Both the position numbers and the translations under genes were made by a program. A stretch of DNA of 56,357 nucleotides from a virus. The stretch is taken from the IMG/VR virus record IMGVR_UViG_3300037419_000959, positions 1-56,357 of that record; one strand, written 5' to 3'. Below, one piece after another: positions 16,287 through 23,935 of the stretch. Within the stretch, counting starts at the first letter, position 1, and each line of letters starts with the position of its first letter. Below the pieces are notes generated by a model. The model was not told where the DNA came from, searched no databases, and worked only from the letters and a program-made list of their open reading frames with translations.

Positions 16287-16562
16287 TCACGCCTCCCTTG
16301 GCGACAACGATGCTATGAATGCTCTGGCGTCGATAAGCGAGTCTCCTGGGAACTCGCGGTCATGTGTATCCTCGCGCCACCAATCAAGGCCCTCAACAAT
16401 ATCAATCAGGTGCTTCAAGGCCGCATTCGCGGTTTGCTTGCGATCACCAATTATAGCCAGACCGATGGCGATGCATCGCCCTTCAAAGTCGTTGACGAGA
16501 GCGGCACGGTGGGCGACGAGACGAATGTCTTCTGGAATGGACATAGGGGACATATCGCTCAT
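16287..16562 (-). CDS. Hypothetical protein (91 aa)
   Basis: ORF track. Abuts its neighbours with zero spacing. Confidence 0.5.
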   Translation of the reverse strand: MSDMSPMSIPEDIRLVAHRAALVNDFEGRCIAIGLAIIGDRKQTANAALKHLIDIVEGLDWWREDTHDREFPGDSLIDARAFIASLSPREA

Positions 16563-16757
16563 TCACCACTCCCCTACAGCAGCACGAGCGGCATCGAACA
16601 TGCGACCAGCCCACAATGCTGCCTTGATGAAATTGCCTCGATAGGCTTCGGACTTCTCCAGTTCTTTTGCCATTGCGGAGACGAGCTTTTCTCTATTTTT
16701 GACGAGATATTCGGCGGCGATAGACGGGAGATATTCCACGGTAACGGGCGCGTTCAT
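16563..16757 (-). CDS. Hypothetical protein (64 aa)
   Basis: ORF track. Confidence 0.45.
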   Translation of the reverse strand: MNAPVTVEYLPSIAAEYLVKNREKLVSAMAKELEKSEAYRGNFIKAALWAGRMFDAARAAVGEW

Positions 16758-17575
16758 GCTGCGGCTCCATTGGCTGGCGCCATCGACGCGAGGACGTCAA
16801 GAACGATGTCGTCTGTCGGACCTTCGCCCCACTCGTCAGGCTCTTCGGACGGGCGAAAATCGGTTTCGTCCCAATTGCCTTTCCCCATGTTGCATTCGTC
16901 GCAGAGGATCTGAAGATTCGACTTTGTCAGCCGCAGCGCCCAATATTTCGAGATCGGCTTGATGTGATCGACAACGATCCGAACCGGCTTGCCGGCGGCG
17001 TCAAACTGCCCAGGAGCCGCGCCGCAGCATTGGCAAATACGGCCAAACTCCTTGATGACTTGCATGCGCAGCGTGCGCCAGTCCCACGACTTGTAGAATT
17101 CTTCCTTTTCGGTGTGCTTCGGAGCGTATCCGCCGTGAAGTTCCCAGAGCCTAACAGGCGTCGTCAACGAGGCGGCCGGCCCTTTCCTTATCTTCACACG
17201 CTTGGCGCGTGGCGTTCTGACCTTTTCAGACCTCGGGAGCATAACCGTATCGCCGAGAATAGCGAAGTCGGCCGGGTTTACCTTGGCCGCCGCGTAAAGC
17301 TCTTCGCGCTTTATCCCGTTGATAATCTGCGCCTTCGCCTCTTGAGAGGTTCGAACCCATATTCTGCAGACGCGTTCAATCGCCAGCGTAAAGCCTTCAC
17401 CATCCTTGCGGCGCATCCCAACTACGAAGTGGATAGCGTCCCAGAACGTTTCCTCTGTCTTGAAAAATCGCTTGTGCAAGCCAAAACGGCCAACAGTCGA
17501 CTCGATCAAACTCAAAGTCATGTTCATCGTCGGCTTCGTCAGGCGATAGCCGAGGAACTGAAGCTGCTTGCTCAC
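16754..17575 (-). CDS. HNH endonuclease
   Basis: VDHIKPISKYWALRLTKSNLQILCDECNMGKGN (H-N-H/bba-Me) plus CQCCG. Start taken as GTG 17575 (GTGA overlap with the upstream stop); the alternative is ATG 17527. The track start 17815 overlaps the Cro-like gene. Confidence 0.8.
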   Translation of the reverse strand: MSKQLQFLGYRLTKPTMNMTLSLIESTVGRFGLHKRFFKTEETFWDAIHFVVGMRRKDGEGFTLAIERVCRIWVRTSQEAKAQIINGIKREELYAAAKVNPADFAILGDTVMLPRSEKVRTPRAKRVKIRKGPAASLTTPVRLWELHGGYAPKHTEKEEFYKSWDWRTLRMQVIKEFGRICQCCGAAPGQFDAAGKPVRIVVDHIKPISKYWALRLTKSNLQILCDECNMGKGNWDETDFRPSEEPDEWGEGPTDDIVLDVLASMAPANGAAA

Positions 17576-17778
17576 GCCGCATTCTCCGTCGTCGTCTCGC
17601 CTTCCTCGATAAAGGCTAGGATGCGATTGTACGTATCGATGCTGATGGGCTTGCCGTCCTTCAGCCTCGTGATCAATTTGCCGTCGTTCACGGCTTTCCG
17701 CCCGAACGTCGAAACCGCCATTCCGGTCTTGCCGCAGTGCGTCTCGATGATGTCGATGATGGATTGGTTCGTGATCAT
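17572..17778 (-). CDS. Small HTH DNA-binding protein, Cro/Ner-like, first gene of the leftward operon
   Basis: 68 aa from ATG 17778 (MITNQSIIDIIETHCGKTGMAVSTFGRKAVNDGKLITRLKDG..). Divergent from the CI gene across the operator pair. The predicted promoter places the TSS at or near the ATG. Confidence 0.6.
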   Translation of the reverse strand: MITNQSIIDIIETHCGKTGMAVSTFGRKAVNDGKLITRLKDGKPISIDTYNRILAFIEEGETTTENAA

Positions 17779-17786
17779 GGGAGCTA

Positions 17787-17815
17787 ACATAAATGGGCTT
17801 TGTCCCATTTGTCAA
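17787..17815 (-). promoter_or_regulatory. Leftward early promoter candidate: TTGACA-17 nt-TTATGT with an operator in the spacer
   Basis: Reverse complement of 17810..17815 is TTGACA. The 17-nt spacer is the operator 17793..17809. Reverse complement of 17787..17792 is TTATGT. Confidence 0.55.
17792..17809. promoter_or_regulatory. Operator O1: AATGGGCTTTGTCCCATT (inverted half-sites TGGG/CCCA)
   Basis: Exact 18-mer, also present at 19052..19069. Confidence 0.7.
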
Positions 17816-17830
17816 TGGGCTTTAACCCAC
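17814..17830. promoter_or_regulatory. Operator O2: AATGGGCTTTAACCCAC
   Basis: Same TGGGCTTT-N2-CCCA core, 22 nt from O1. Confidence 0.55.
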
Positions 17831-17864
17831 GTGACAAAATTTTGCGGTGCGGTATCGATGGGCT

Positions 17865-18530
17865 ATGGCAAAAGAGATTGAGATTCCCGAGGAATGGCCG
17901 GCGTGGAAGAAGGAAATTGCCGTTTTCCTGAACGCCCGCGGTCTATCGATGAAGGAGGCTTCGCTGAGGGCAAACCTTGGCGAGACGTTCGTTCGCGATG
18001 CCCTGAAACGGGACAAGGAGCCAGCGCACAAAAATTTATTGAAACTACGAACCGCTATTGGCCTTGAATCAGCCCCAAGTATATTAGAAGTTACTGGTCT
18101 TCCGATCGCAGGTAAGGCTCAGGCGGGCAGTTATCTGGATGTTTCCCTCGTCGACGAAATTCCAGAGGAAGAGTTGGAAAGAATCCAAGTGGCACGCGAC
18201 CCGCGATATCCGCACGCAAAGCAGTATGCGCTTCTGATCGTCGGTGACAGCATGAACAAAAAGCTGGACGATGGAAGCTATGCGACGTGCGTTAGATGGG
18301 CGGAAACAGGCCTTTTGCCACAGCCAGGCATGCTTTTGCACGTGGAACGACGTCAGGGGCATCTTGTGGAAGTCACGGTCAAGTGTCTGGCAATTCGGGA
18401 CGGAAAATACTTTTTCGACCCGATGAGCACCAATCCGCTTCATAAGCCGATCGCACTGGATGGCGACGCTGGGACCGAGATCGAGATCGTCGGCCTCGTC
18501 ACAGGCTCTTGGAAGCCTATTTCGTTTTAA
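17865..18530 (+). CDS. cI: CI-type repressor with S24 (LexA-like) autopeptidase domain
   Basis: 221 aa from ATG 17865. N-terminal HTH region, C-terminal GDSM (Ser nucleophile) and a downstream Lys region (VTVKCL). Divergent from the Cro-like gene. Confidence 0.85.
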   Translation: MAKEIEIPEEWPAWKKEIAVFLNARGLSMKEASLRANLGETFVRDALKRDKEPAHKNLLKLRTAIGLESAPSILEVTGLPIAGKAQAGSYLDVSLVDEIPEEELERIQVARDPRYPHAKQYALLIVGDSMNKKLDDGSYATCVRWAETGLLPQPGMLLHVERRQGHLVEVTVKCLAIRDGKYFFDPMSTNPLHKPIALDGDAGTEIEIVGLVTGSWKPISF

Positions 18531-18583
18531 TCCCTGCCCTTCCAATTACTCCTCTTCAGAGCAAGATCTATAAAAACATATAA

Positions 18584-18607
18584 CCTTATTAGGTTAAGCC
18601 TTATTAG
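18584..18607. repeat. Direct repeat CCTTATTAG x2 (period 15) in the AT-rich spacer
   Basis: Read directly at 18584..18592 and 18599..18607. Confidence 0.6.
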
Positions 18608-18613
18608 ATTTGT

Positions 18614-18655
18614 TTTCAGTTTTTGAAACTCATCCTGTTTCAGTTTTTGAAACTC
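18614..18655. repeat. Perfect 18-bp direct repeat TTTCAGTTTTTGAAACTC x2 (period 24), each with an internal inverted repeat TTTCA/TGAAA
   Basis: Copies at 18614..18631 and 18638..18655. They overlap the 3' end of gene 18630..19016. Confidence 0.8.
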
Positions 18656-19016
18656 TACTCCGTCGACCGCCAGTTTTCTTTCGCTTGTGCGGCATAGCGG
18701 CGAAGGCGGCTGCAACCGGATCAATCGGCATCCGCATGCCGTATCTGTAGCTCCCCTTCGGGCCTTTGGTGATCACGAGCAACCCGGCATTGTTCAGTTT
18801 GTCGGTCGCTGCCGTCACGGTGGCTATGCTGATGCCCAGCTCTTCCGCAATTCGCGGCACACTCCACCACATTGACTGAACAGAACTCTTGATCTTGCTG
18901 GCTATGAAATACGCCACGCGAAAATCGCCGTGCGTGAGATCGCGACGCGTAACGAGGTAGTCGAGCCACTGCCCGCGCCTCGCATAAAAATTCTCGTCTT
19001 CGTTTGGAGTCTTCAT
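18630..19016 (-). CDS. Winged-helix DNA-binding protein (128 aa)
   Basis: VPRIAEELGISIATVTAATDKLNNAGLLVITKG is a MarR/wHTH-like segment. Basic C-tail. Convergent with cI and divergent from the rightward early promoter. Confidence 0.6.
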   Translation of the reverse strand: MKTPNEDENFYARRGQWLDYLVTRRDLTHGDFRVAYFIASKIKSSVQSMWWSVPRIAEELGISIATVTAATDKLNNAGLLVITKGPKGSYRYGMRMPIDPVAAAFAAMPHKRKKTGGRRSRVSKTETG

Positions 19017-19019
19017 AAA

Positions 19020-19036
19020 AATGGGATTTAGCCCAA
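19020..19036. promoter_or_regulatory. Operator O3: AATGGGATTTAGCCCAA
   Basis: TGGG-N6-CCCA core like O1, O2 and O4. Overlaps the -10 of the leftward promoter candidate. Confidence 0.5.
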
Positions 19037-19053
19037 CTTTATGCTTGACGCAA
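19025..19053 (-). promoter_or_regulatory. Leftward promoter candidate for the wHTH gene: TTGCGT-17 nt-TAAATC
   Basis: Reverse complement of 19048..19053 and 19025..19030. The TSS would fall within a few nt of ATG 19016 (near-leaderless). Confidence 0.4.
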
Positions 19054-19074
19054 TGGGCTTTGTCCCATTATAAC
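19045..19074 (+). promoter_or_regulatory. Rightward early promoter candidate: TTGACG-18 nt-TATAAC with operator O4 in the spacer
   Basis: TTGACG at 19045..19050 and TATAAC at 19069..19074. Heads the plus-strand early operon starting at 19157. Confidence 0.6.
19052..19069. promoter_or_regulatory. Operator O4: AATGGGCTTTGTCCCATT (identical to O1)
   Basis: Exact repeat of 17792..17809. Confidence 0.7.
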
Positions 19075-19156
19075 TATTCTCATCAGCCGCAGATCTACCG
19101 ACTACCCCCGGTACGCAAGAAGCGGATGAGACGGAACTCAAACCTAAGAGGCAGAC

Positions 19157-19399
19157 ATGGCGCTCTTTTGCGTAACCTACGAAGTCATCGGGTCAATGAC
19201 CGAGACATTCGATGCTGAAAACCTCGAAGCCGCGAGAGCTATCGCGAACGAGAAAGCAGAGAACGAGAAAACCGAATTCGATCTCGACACAGTCGATGAC
19301 GTGAATGTCCGCGTGCAGGAACTCTACCCTGTCATGCGCGACGGCAAGAAGCGCTGGGTTTCCTACGTGATGAAAACCGACGAGCGGTTGGAAGCCTAA
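19157..19399 (+). CDS. Hypothetical acidic protein (80 aa)
   Basis: ORF track. First ORF after the rightward promoter. Confidence 0.55.
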   Translation: MALFCVTYEVIGSMTETFDAENLEAARAIANEKAENEKTEFDLDTVDDVNVRVQELYPVMRDGKKRWVSYVMKTDERLEA

Positions 19400-19470
19400 T
19401 CAATCACCACCCCACGAACGCCCCGCAAGGACAGCGAAACGTGGGTACGGGCAGCAAGAGGAAGACGACG

Positions 19471-19734
19471 ATGGAAGCCGAAGTTTTACGCGCACTCAGG
19501 TTTATCAATGATTTCAAAATCACGTCGTCTGAGTGGCGCGAGAATGGCAAAGCGGCTCGCTCGGCTCCGGAAAAATGGAACCAGTTTCGAATGAGCGGCC
19601 CAGATGGGTCAATCACCATAAGCAAGGAAGTCCAGATCAAGGTCAGGGAATTCACCGAGATCGGCCCTCAAGCCGCACACGGCGGGACGATGTACGTCCT
19701 GAACGACAAAGGCAAGCAGGTTCTATCGAACTGA
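19471..19734 (+). CDS. Hypothetical protein (87 aa)
   Basis: ATG 19471 (MEAEVLRALRF..) within the GTG-initiated track ORF 19441. Confidence 0.5.
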   Translation: MEAEVLRALRFINDFKITSSEWRENGKAARSAPEKWNQFRMSGPDGSITISKEVQIKVREFTEIGPQAAHGGTMYVLNDKGKQVLSN

Positions 19735-19789
19735 ACACCATGCCGCCCCTCTGAAACGAGGGTACGGCAGAAAGAGACGGAGAGAGACG

Positions 19790-20401
19790 ATGGGAACCCT
19801 GAGCGAACTGATCGGAATAGCCCGCGAATGCAAGGGCTGGACACTGCGCGACCTCGAAAAGGCCAGCGGTGTTTCCAATCCGCTGATCTCTCAGATTGAA
19901 ACCGGCAAGGTTCGCGATCCTGGCTTCACCACCGTGATCCGACTTTGCGATGCTCTCGGGATAACTCTTGATCGCGCTGCGACCGCTGAACGCTCCAAGC
20001 TCGATGTCCTGCGAAAGACAGGGGTATGGAAGCCCGAAGAGCCTGGCATAGAGGCAGCCGAGACGACCGAGACGCCGAACATCGATCCTGAATTCATCGT
20101 CATCATCGCTTCGGCTTGGGCGAACGACAGCGGCATAGGCGTCAACTATTCGTTCGATGGAGAACGGTTCAACAATCGCGCCGACGCAATCAAGCACGGG
20201 TTCGAACTGCGCGAATCTGACGATTTCAACATCGGTCATACCTATGGCGACGACCTGATTTGGTTCGGGTGGATGGATGAGCGCATCGACGAGCCGGAAG
20301 AGACAGCCCGAGAGATAGCGGAGCAAATCGGCCTCACCTTCGACCCACGCTGGTACCGGCTCAAATACTCAAAGGCATCTGGGCGAGTAATTGCCGCCTG
20401 A
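19790..20401 (+). CDS. XRE/Cro-C1-type HTH transcriptional regulator with an unknown C-terminal domain
   Basis: WTLRDLEKASGVSNPLISQIETGKVRDPGFTTVIRLCDALG is a classic HTH_XRE segment. 203 aa. Confidence 0.8.
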   Translation: MGTLSELIGIARECKGWTLRDLEKASGVSNPLISQIETGKVRDPGFTTVIRLCDALGITLDRAATAERSKLDVLRKTGVWKPEEPGIEAAETTETPNIDPEFIVIIASAWANDSGIGVNYSFDGERFNNRADAIKHGFELRESDDFNIGHTYGDDLIWFGWMDERIDEPEETAREIAEQIGLTFDPRWYRLKYSKASGRVIAA

Positions 20402-20425
20402 CCTCCCCGCTTAAGGACACCGACA

Positions 20426-20635
20426 ATGGCAAGCAACGACAAAGACCCGCTAGGCGGTTGGACGATCCGGAAGGGTCGCGTTCCTCATCGTTGCATGAAA
20501 ACGTCCTGGGCCAGCGGATGCGGTCGCAAGATCGAAGCTGGTGAGCAATTCGCACAATCAAAGTTTCGCGCCGGCCTGGGTCATGTCGAGCTCTGTCTCG
20601 AATGCCACGCTGCTCACACTCAAAAAGCCGCCTGA
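20426..20635 (+). CDS. Small Cys-rich (zinc-finger-like) protein (69 aa)
   Basis: HRC...SGCG...CLEC cysteine pairs. ORF track. Confidence 0.5.
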   Translation: MASNDKDPLGGWTIRKGRVPHRCMKTSWASGCGRKIEAGEQFAQSKFRAGLGHVELCLECHAAHTQKAA

Positions 20636-20646
20636 GGAACCACAAG

Positions 20647-20961
20647 ATGGCAACCAACCGCCAATGGAAGCAGACGCTCGAAGCAGTCCGTCAGGTCGTT
20701 GAATCTCTCCGGCCCGATCCGATCGAACGCGTCGATGCCCAGATGATGGCAGACATGGCCGCCTATTCTAAGTCGGCCCAACTGGCGCGCCGTAGGCGGG
20801 CGGAATGTCTGTGTTCCGCAATAGTTTTCAAGCTCATCGGCATGGAAGTGGGCCGGGATCACTCCAGATCAATCAAACATCACCTCGCCCGCGGCCTCGA
20901 ATGGCGCCAGCGCGAGAAGGCAATCACCAACACCGCGCATCCCGTGCGCATCGCAGCTTGA
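20647..20961 (+). CDS. Hypothetical protein (104 aa)
   Basis: Internal ATG (MATNRQWKQTLEAV..) of the track ORF avoids overlap with the upstream gene. Confidence 0.5.
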   Translation: MATNRQWKQTLEAVRQVVESLRPDPIERVDAQMMADMAAYSKSAQLARRRRAECLCSAIVFKLIGMEVGRDHSRSIKHHLARGLEWRQREKAITNTAHPVRIAA

Positions 20962-20971
20962 GGAGGCAGAG

Positions 20972-21277
20972 ATGATAGCCGCAGACCTAAGCACCTATCG
21001 GACACGCATGAATTCGGCAATCGGACGCGCCTTCTACGCCATGGAGCACGCCAAGGTGGATGACGATGACCGCAAGGCCCTTATCACGCTCTACGGCGAC
21101 CTCTTGCGCGATGGAAGCTATCTCATCGAGGAACTGACCGGCAACGAAGGCTCGCTCTCTGGAGCATTGGAAACGGTCCTGTCCGACATTGAGGACGCGT
21201 TTTCCTGCGCCGCCGCTGCCGCCTCCCATTCTCATCGCGCCGCAGTCTCATCTGTGGCGGGCAGGAGGGTGGGGTGA
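20972..21277 (+). CDS. Hypothetical protein (101 aa)
   Basis: ORF track. GGAGG lies upstream of the ATG. Confidence 0.5.
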   Translation: MIAADLSTYRTRMNSAIGRAFYAMEHAKVDDDDRKALITLYGDLLRDGSYLIEELTGNEGSLSGALETVLSDIEDAFSCAAAAASHSHRAAVSSVAGRRVG

Positions 21278-21456
21278 TGGGCGATCCTACGATTGAGCGC
21301 CTTTCGCGCGACCGAGACATCATTATCGAAGCCATCAACGAATACGACAGTTTCATGCTGGACGACGATTTCGACGCGCAGGTCGTTCTGGATCGCATCA
21401 TCGAAAGAATGCGTTCCCGCGCCTCCCTCTCCCACACAGAGGAGATTGGACGATGA
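21274..21456 (+). CDS. Hypothetical protein (60 aa)
   Basis: ORF track. 4-nt overlaps on both sides. Confidence 0.45.
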   Translation: MMGDPTIERLSRDRDIIIEAINEYDSFMLDDDFDAQVVLDRIIERMRSRASLSHTEEIGR

Positions 21457-21653
21457 GCTTCTATCGCTTCGACAGTCAATTCCGCGAGACGGAATACGAG
21501 CGCCAGCAACGCTGGAAGGAAACGAAACGCAAGAGGATAGCCGAAGGCAAGTGCTGGCAGTGCGCCAAGCCAATTGCTGAATGCGATTGTCCGAATGTTG
21601 ACCATTCCAAGGCTCACGCCCCCTCCACCTCCCAGAACGGAGGCGAACTATGA
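21453..21653 (+). CDS. Hypothetical protein (66 aa)
   Basis: ORF track. CWQCAKPIAECDC cluster. Confidence 0.45.
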   Translation: MSFYRFDSQFRETEYERQQRWKETKRKRIAEGKCWQCAKPIAECDCPNVDHSKAHAPSTSQNGGEL

Positions 21654-22015
21654 ACGGGATCTACGAACTCATCATCGGTGACAAGGACGGCGATGAAGGC
21701 GACCACCGCCACGTCAAGTTCAACATTGTCGGTTGGAAGCAGGCGTTCAACGAGGATTGCAGCGAATATTTCGAGATCAGCGGTATCTGCAAGCCAGAGC
21801 GCGCCGATGCAATCCTTAAAGCCGTCAATGCCTTCCAGTCCCTCAAGAACGAGAACGCGAGGCTTCGGGCTGCGCTGAAGTTCTACGCCGAAGCATGGTG
21901 CTTCACGACAAATCCCAAACGCGCCGGCCTGGAATGGAAACCCAAGGAAGAGCTGCTAGACGACTGCGGGAATATCGCCCGTTCCGCCATCCAAGATGGA
22001 GGGAGCAATGTCTGA
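21650..22015 (+). CDS. Hypothetical protein (121 aa)
   Basis: ORF track. Confidence 0.5.
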   Translation: MNGIYELIIGDKDGDEGDHRHVKFNIVGWKQAFNEDCSEYFEISGICKPERADAILKAVNAFQSLKNENARLRAALKFYAEAWCFTTNPKRAGLEWKPKEELLDDCGNIARSAIQDGGSNV

Positions 22016-22244
22016 AGGATATGTCTACCAGCTTAGATCCGACGCGATACCTGGAAGCGAATGGGTATGTGTCTCGAAGGAAGATTGGATAAAGGCCGAA
22101 CGCGCTGCGGGATTTCGCCCCGCGCTTTGGTCTGGTCATCCTGAATACATGACAACGTGCGCGACCGGCGGGTTTAACAGCAGCGCGGGAATATCAGGAC
22201 GCATCGTTCGAGCCAACAGCGATACGGAGACGAGCAATGGCTGA
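22008..22244 (+). CDS. Hypothetical protein (78 aa)
   Basis: ATG 22008 is preceded by GGAGGGAG. The track start is 21996. Confidence 0.5.
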   Translation: MSEGYVYQLRSDAIPGSEWVCVSKEDWIKAERAAGFRPALWSGHPEYMTTCATGGFNSSAGISGRIVRANSDTETSNG

Positions 22245-22473
22245 GCGCCCACACCTTCGAGACTGCCCCTTCTGCCACACCAAGGGCACCAACGACGAGC
22301 TTATCGTCCTCATGAGCCTGACGGATGTCGTCCACCAATTCGACTACGGCTACACGATCCGCTGCAATCAATGCGGTGCTGAAGTCAACGATGAATATCA
22401 GGACGCGGTTATCCATCTCTGGAACGGCACCAAGCCGGATGCTGACGATGAAGAGGGTGAAGACGATGCATAG
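22237..22473 (+). CDS. lar: Lar-family restriction-alleviation-like zinc-ribbon protein
   Basis: CPFCH...CNQCG...AVIHLWNG matches the Lar pattern CPFCG..C..CG..A...WN. Acidic tail. Confidence 0.55.
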   Translation: MAERPHLRDCPFCHTKGTNDELIVLMSLTDVVHQFDYGYTIRCNQCGAEVNDEYQDAVIHLWNGTKPDADDEEGEDDA

Positions 22474-22747
22474 CCCCCTCACCGATATAGGGGCAAGCGG
22501 CCATAGCGTACACAGCGCCCCGCAGATCGAGGGATACACTCCGGTTCCGGTTATCGACCTGGACGGCTATAGCAAGGCTGACCTGATCGAGACAATCAAA
22601 GACCGCAGGCGCTTCATAGACAAGGCTATCACAGCCTGCCTCATCGTGCCGCTCTTGATGGCAAATGTCATTCTCTACGGGTTGCTGTTCGTGAACAAGG
22701 CCGCGGAGAACATCCACGAATATAACATTGCTCAGGGAGAGCAGTGA
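22466..22747 (+). CDS. Hypothetical membrane protein (93 aa)
   Basis: Internal ATG 22466. TM ITACLIVPLLMANVILYGLLFV. Confidence 0.45.
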   Translation: MHSPLTDIGASGHSVHSAPQIEGYTPVPVIDLDGYSKADLIETIKDRRRFIDKAITACLIVPLLMANVILYGLLFVNKAAENIHEYNIAQGEQ

Positions 22748-22749
22748 CA

Positions 22750-22950
22750 ATGGCGCAGGAACCATTTTGCTTTGTTGCTGAAAAAGAAGGCCGCTGCTTC
22801 GGCGTCTGCACAAGCGAGCAGGAATATCTCGACGACTTCTACCGGGATTTCGTCGGCTTCCAGATCAGGCCTATCTCCTCGTCAGAGGAATATCAGAAAT
22901 ACATTGCGGTGACGCCTTTCGGCTCTCGCGATGAGGAGTCAAACACATGA
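22750..22950 (+). CDS. Hypothetical protein (66 aa)
   Basis: ATG 22750 lies 9 nt after GGGAGAG. The track GTG start is 22744. Confidence 0.45.
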   Translation: MAQEPFCFVAEKEGRCFGVCTSEQEYLDDFYRDFVGFQIRPISSSEEYQKYIAVTPFGSRDEESNT

Positions 22951-23168
22951 CCGACACACCAGAACACCTTCGCCTCTTCGCAAAGCTGGCTCTTGAAGAT
23001 GCTTCATACTGGCGCGAACAGGCGGAGCAATATCCGCAGCGCAGGAATGAATATCTCGCCAAGGCAGAGCAGAGAGAGAGCGATAGCCGGTTCTATTCGG
23101 ACAAGGCGGATCGCGATGAAGCTTGGCTTTGGACGGAAGATTACGCAATCACGGAGGCCGCAGAATGA
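22947..23168 (+). CDS. Hypothetical protein (73 aa)
   Basis: ORF track. ATGA-coupled. Confidence 0.45.
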   Translation: MTDTPEHLRLFAKLALEDASYWREQAEQYPQRRNEYLAKAEQRESDSRFYSDKADRDEAWLWTEDYAITEAAE

Positions 23169-23932
23169 GCGACAATACACAGCTTTGGGATAAGCTAGGC
23201 AAGACCGACCCTGCCCACACGAAGGCCTTCACACGCGCTGGTGGCTTCAAGGGAACGGCCATCAAACCTATGTGGTCATATAGGCGCATGACGGAAGAAT
23301 TCGGCCCTTGCGGCAAGGGCTGGGGGATCTACGCGCCGACCTTCCAGACGGTCGTTGCAGGTGACGAAGTGCTCGTCTATTGCACTGTGTCTATCTGGTA
23401 TGAAAAGCCAGGGCAAATCGCCTTCGGAGTCGGCGGCGACAAGGCTGTGGCTAAGTCTTCCAGTGGCGTTCGCAGCGATGACGAAGCCTTCAAAAAAGCG
23501 TATACTGACGCGGTCACGAACGCCCTCAAAATGATCGGGGTCGGCGCAGATGTTCACATGGGCATGTTCGATGACAGCAAGTATGTCAACGGGCTGAAAC
23601 AAGAGTTCTCCCACGAGAATGAAAACCCTGCTCCGGCCAAGTCATCGGCGCAATTGAAGCGAGATGGCGAATGGGAGCGTGTCTCTGGCGAACTGGAGAA
23701 CGATCTTCTCGACTGCCATTCGCTCGTCGCTCTCGAAAGCCTGAAGGCAGATTATCGCCAGAAGGTATCAGGCTGGACAGCAGCCTGGAAGAACGCGCTG
23801 AAAGATCTGTTCGACGCACATGAGGACAAGCTCATCAAGGCTCGCGAGCAGGAAGAAGCAGAGACCGATTTCCCAGGCGACACAAACATCAAAAACGCCG
23901 CTGGCAGGCGGCTTCACAGCCTAGAGGCATAG
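23165..23932 (+). CDS. Rad52/Sak-family single-strand annealing protein
   Basis: 255 aa from ATG 23165. FGPCGKGWG... and DDEAFKKAYTDAVTNALKMIGVGADVHMGMFDDSKY match the Rad52-type annealase core. Sits upstream of ssb. Confidence 0.7.
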   Translation: MSDNTQLWDKLGKTDPAHTKAFTRAGGFKGTAIKPMWSYRRMTEEFGPCGKGWGIYAPTFQTVVAGDEVLVYCTVSIWYEKPGQIAFGVGGDKAVAKSSSGVRSDDEAFKKAYTDAVTNALKMIGVGADVHMGMFDDSKYVNGLKQEFSHENENPAPAKSSAQLKRDGEWERVSGELENDLLDCHSLVALESLKADYRQKVSGWTAAWKNALKDLFDAHEDKLIKAREQEEAETDFPGDTNIKNAAGRRLHSLEA

Positions 23933-23935
23933 CAC

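Noticed and set aside
16754-17815. 353-aa version of the HNH ORF starting at 17815
   Set aside because: The N-terminal ~80 aa (His/Arg-rich) overlaps the Cro-like gene and the operator/promoter. A GTGA-coupled GTG at 17575, or ATG 17527, gives a sensible HNH protein.
18584-18655. Possible CRISPR-like array
   Set aside because: There are only two copies of each repeat. The repeats are 9 and 18 bp with 6-nt gaps, there are no spacer-sized inserts and no cas genes.
19652-20326. 224-aa minus-strand ORF opposite the XRE regulator gene
   Set aside because: The plus-strand gene has a textbook HTH_XRE segment and fits the operon. The minus ORF has no motif and no plausible start context.
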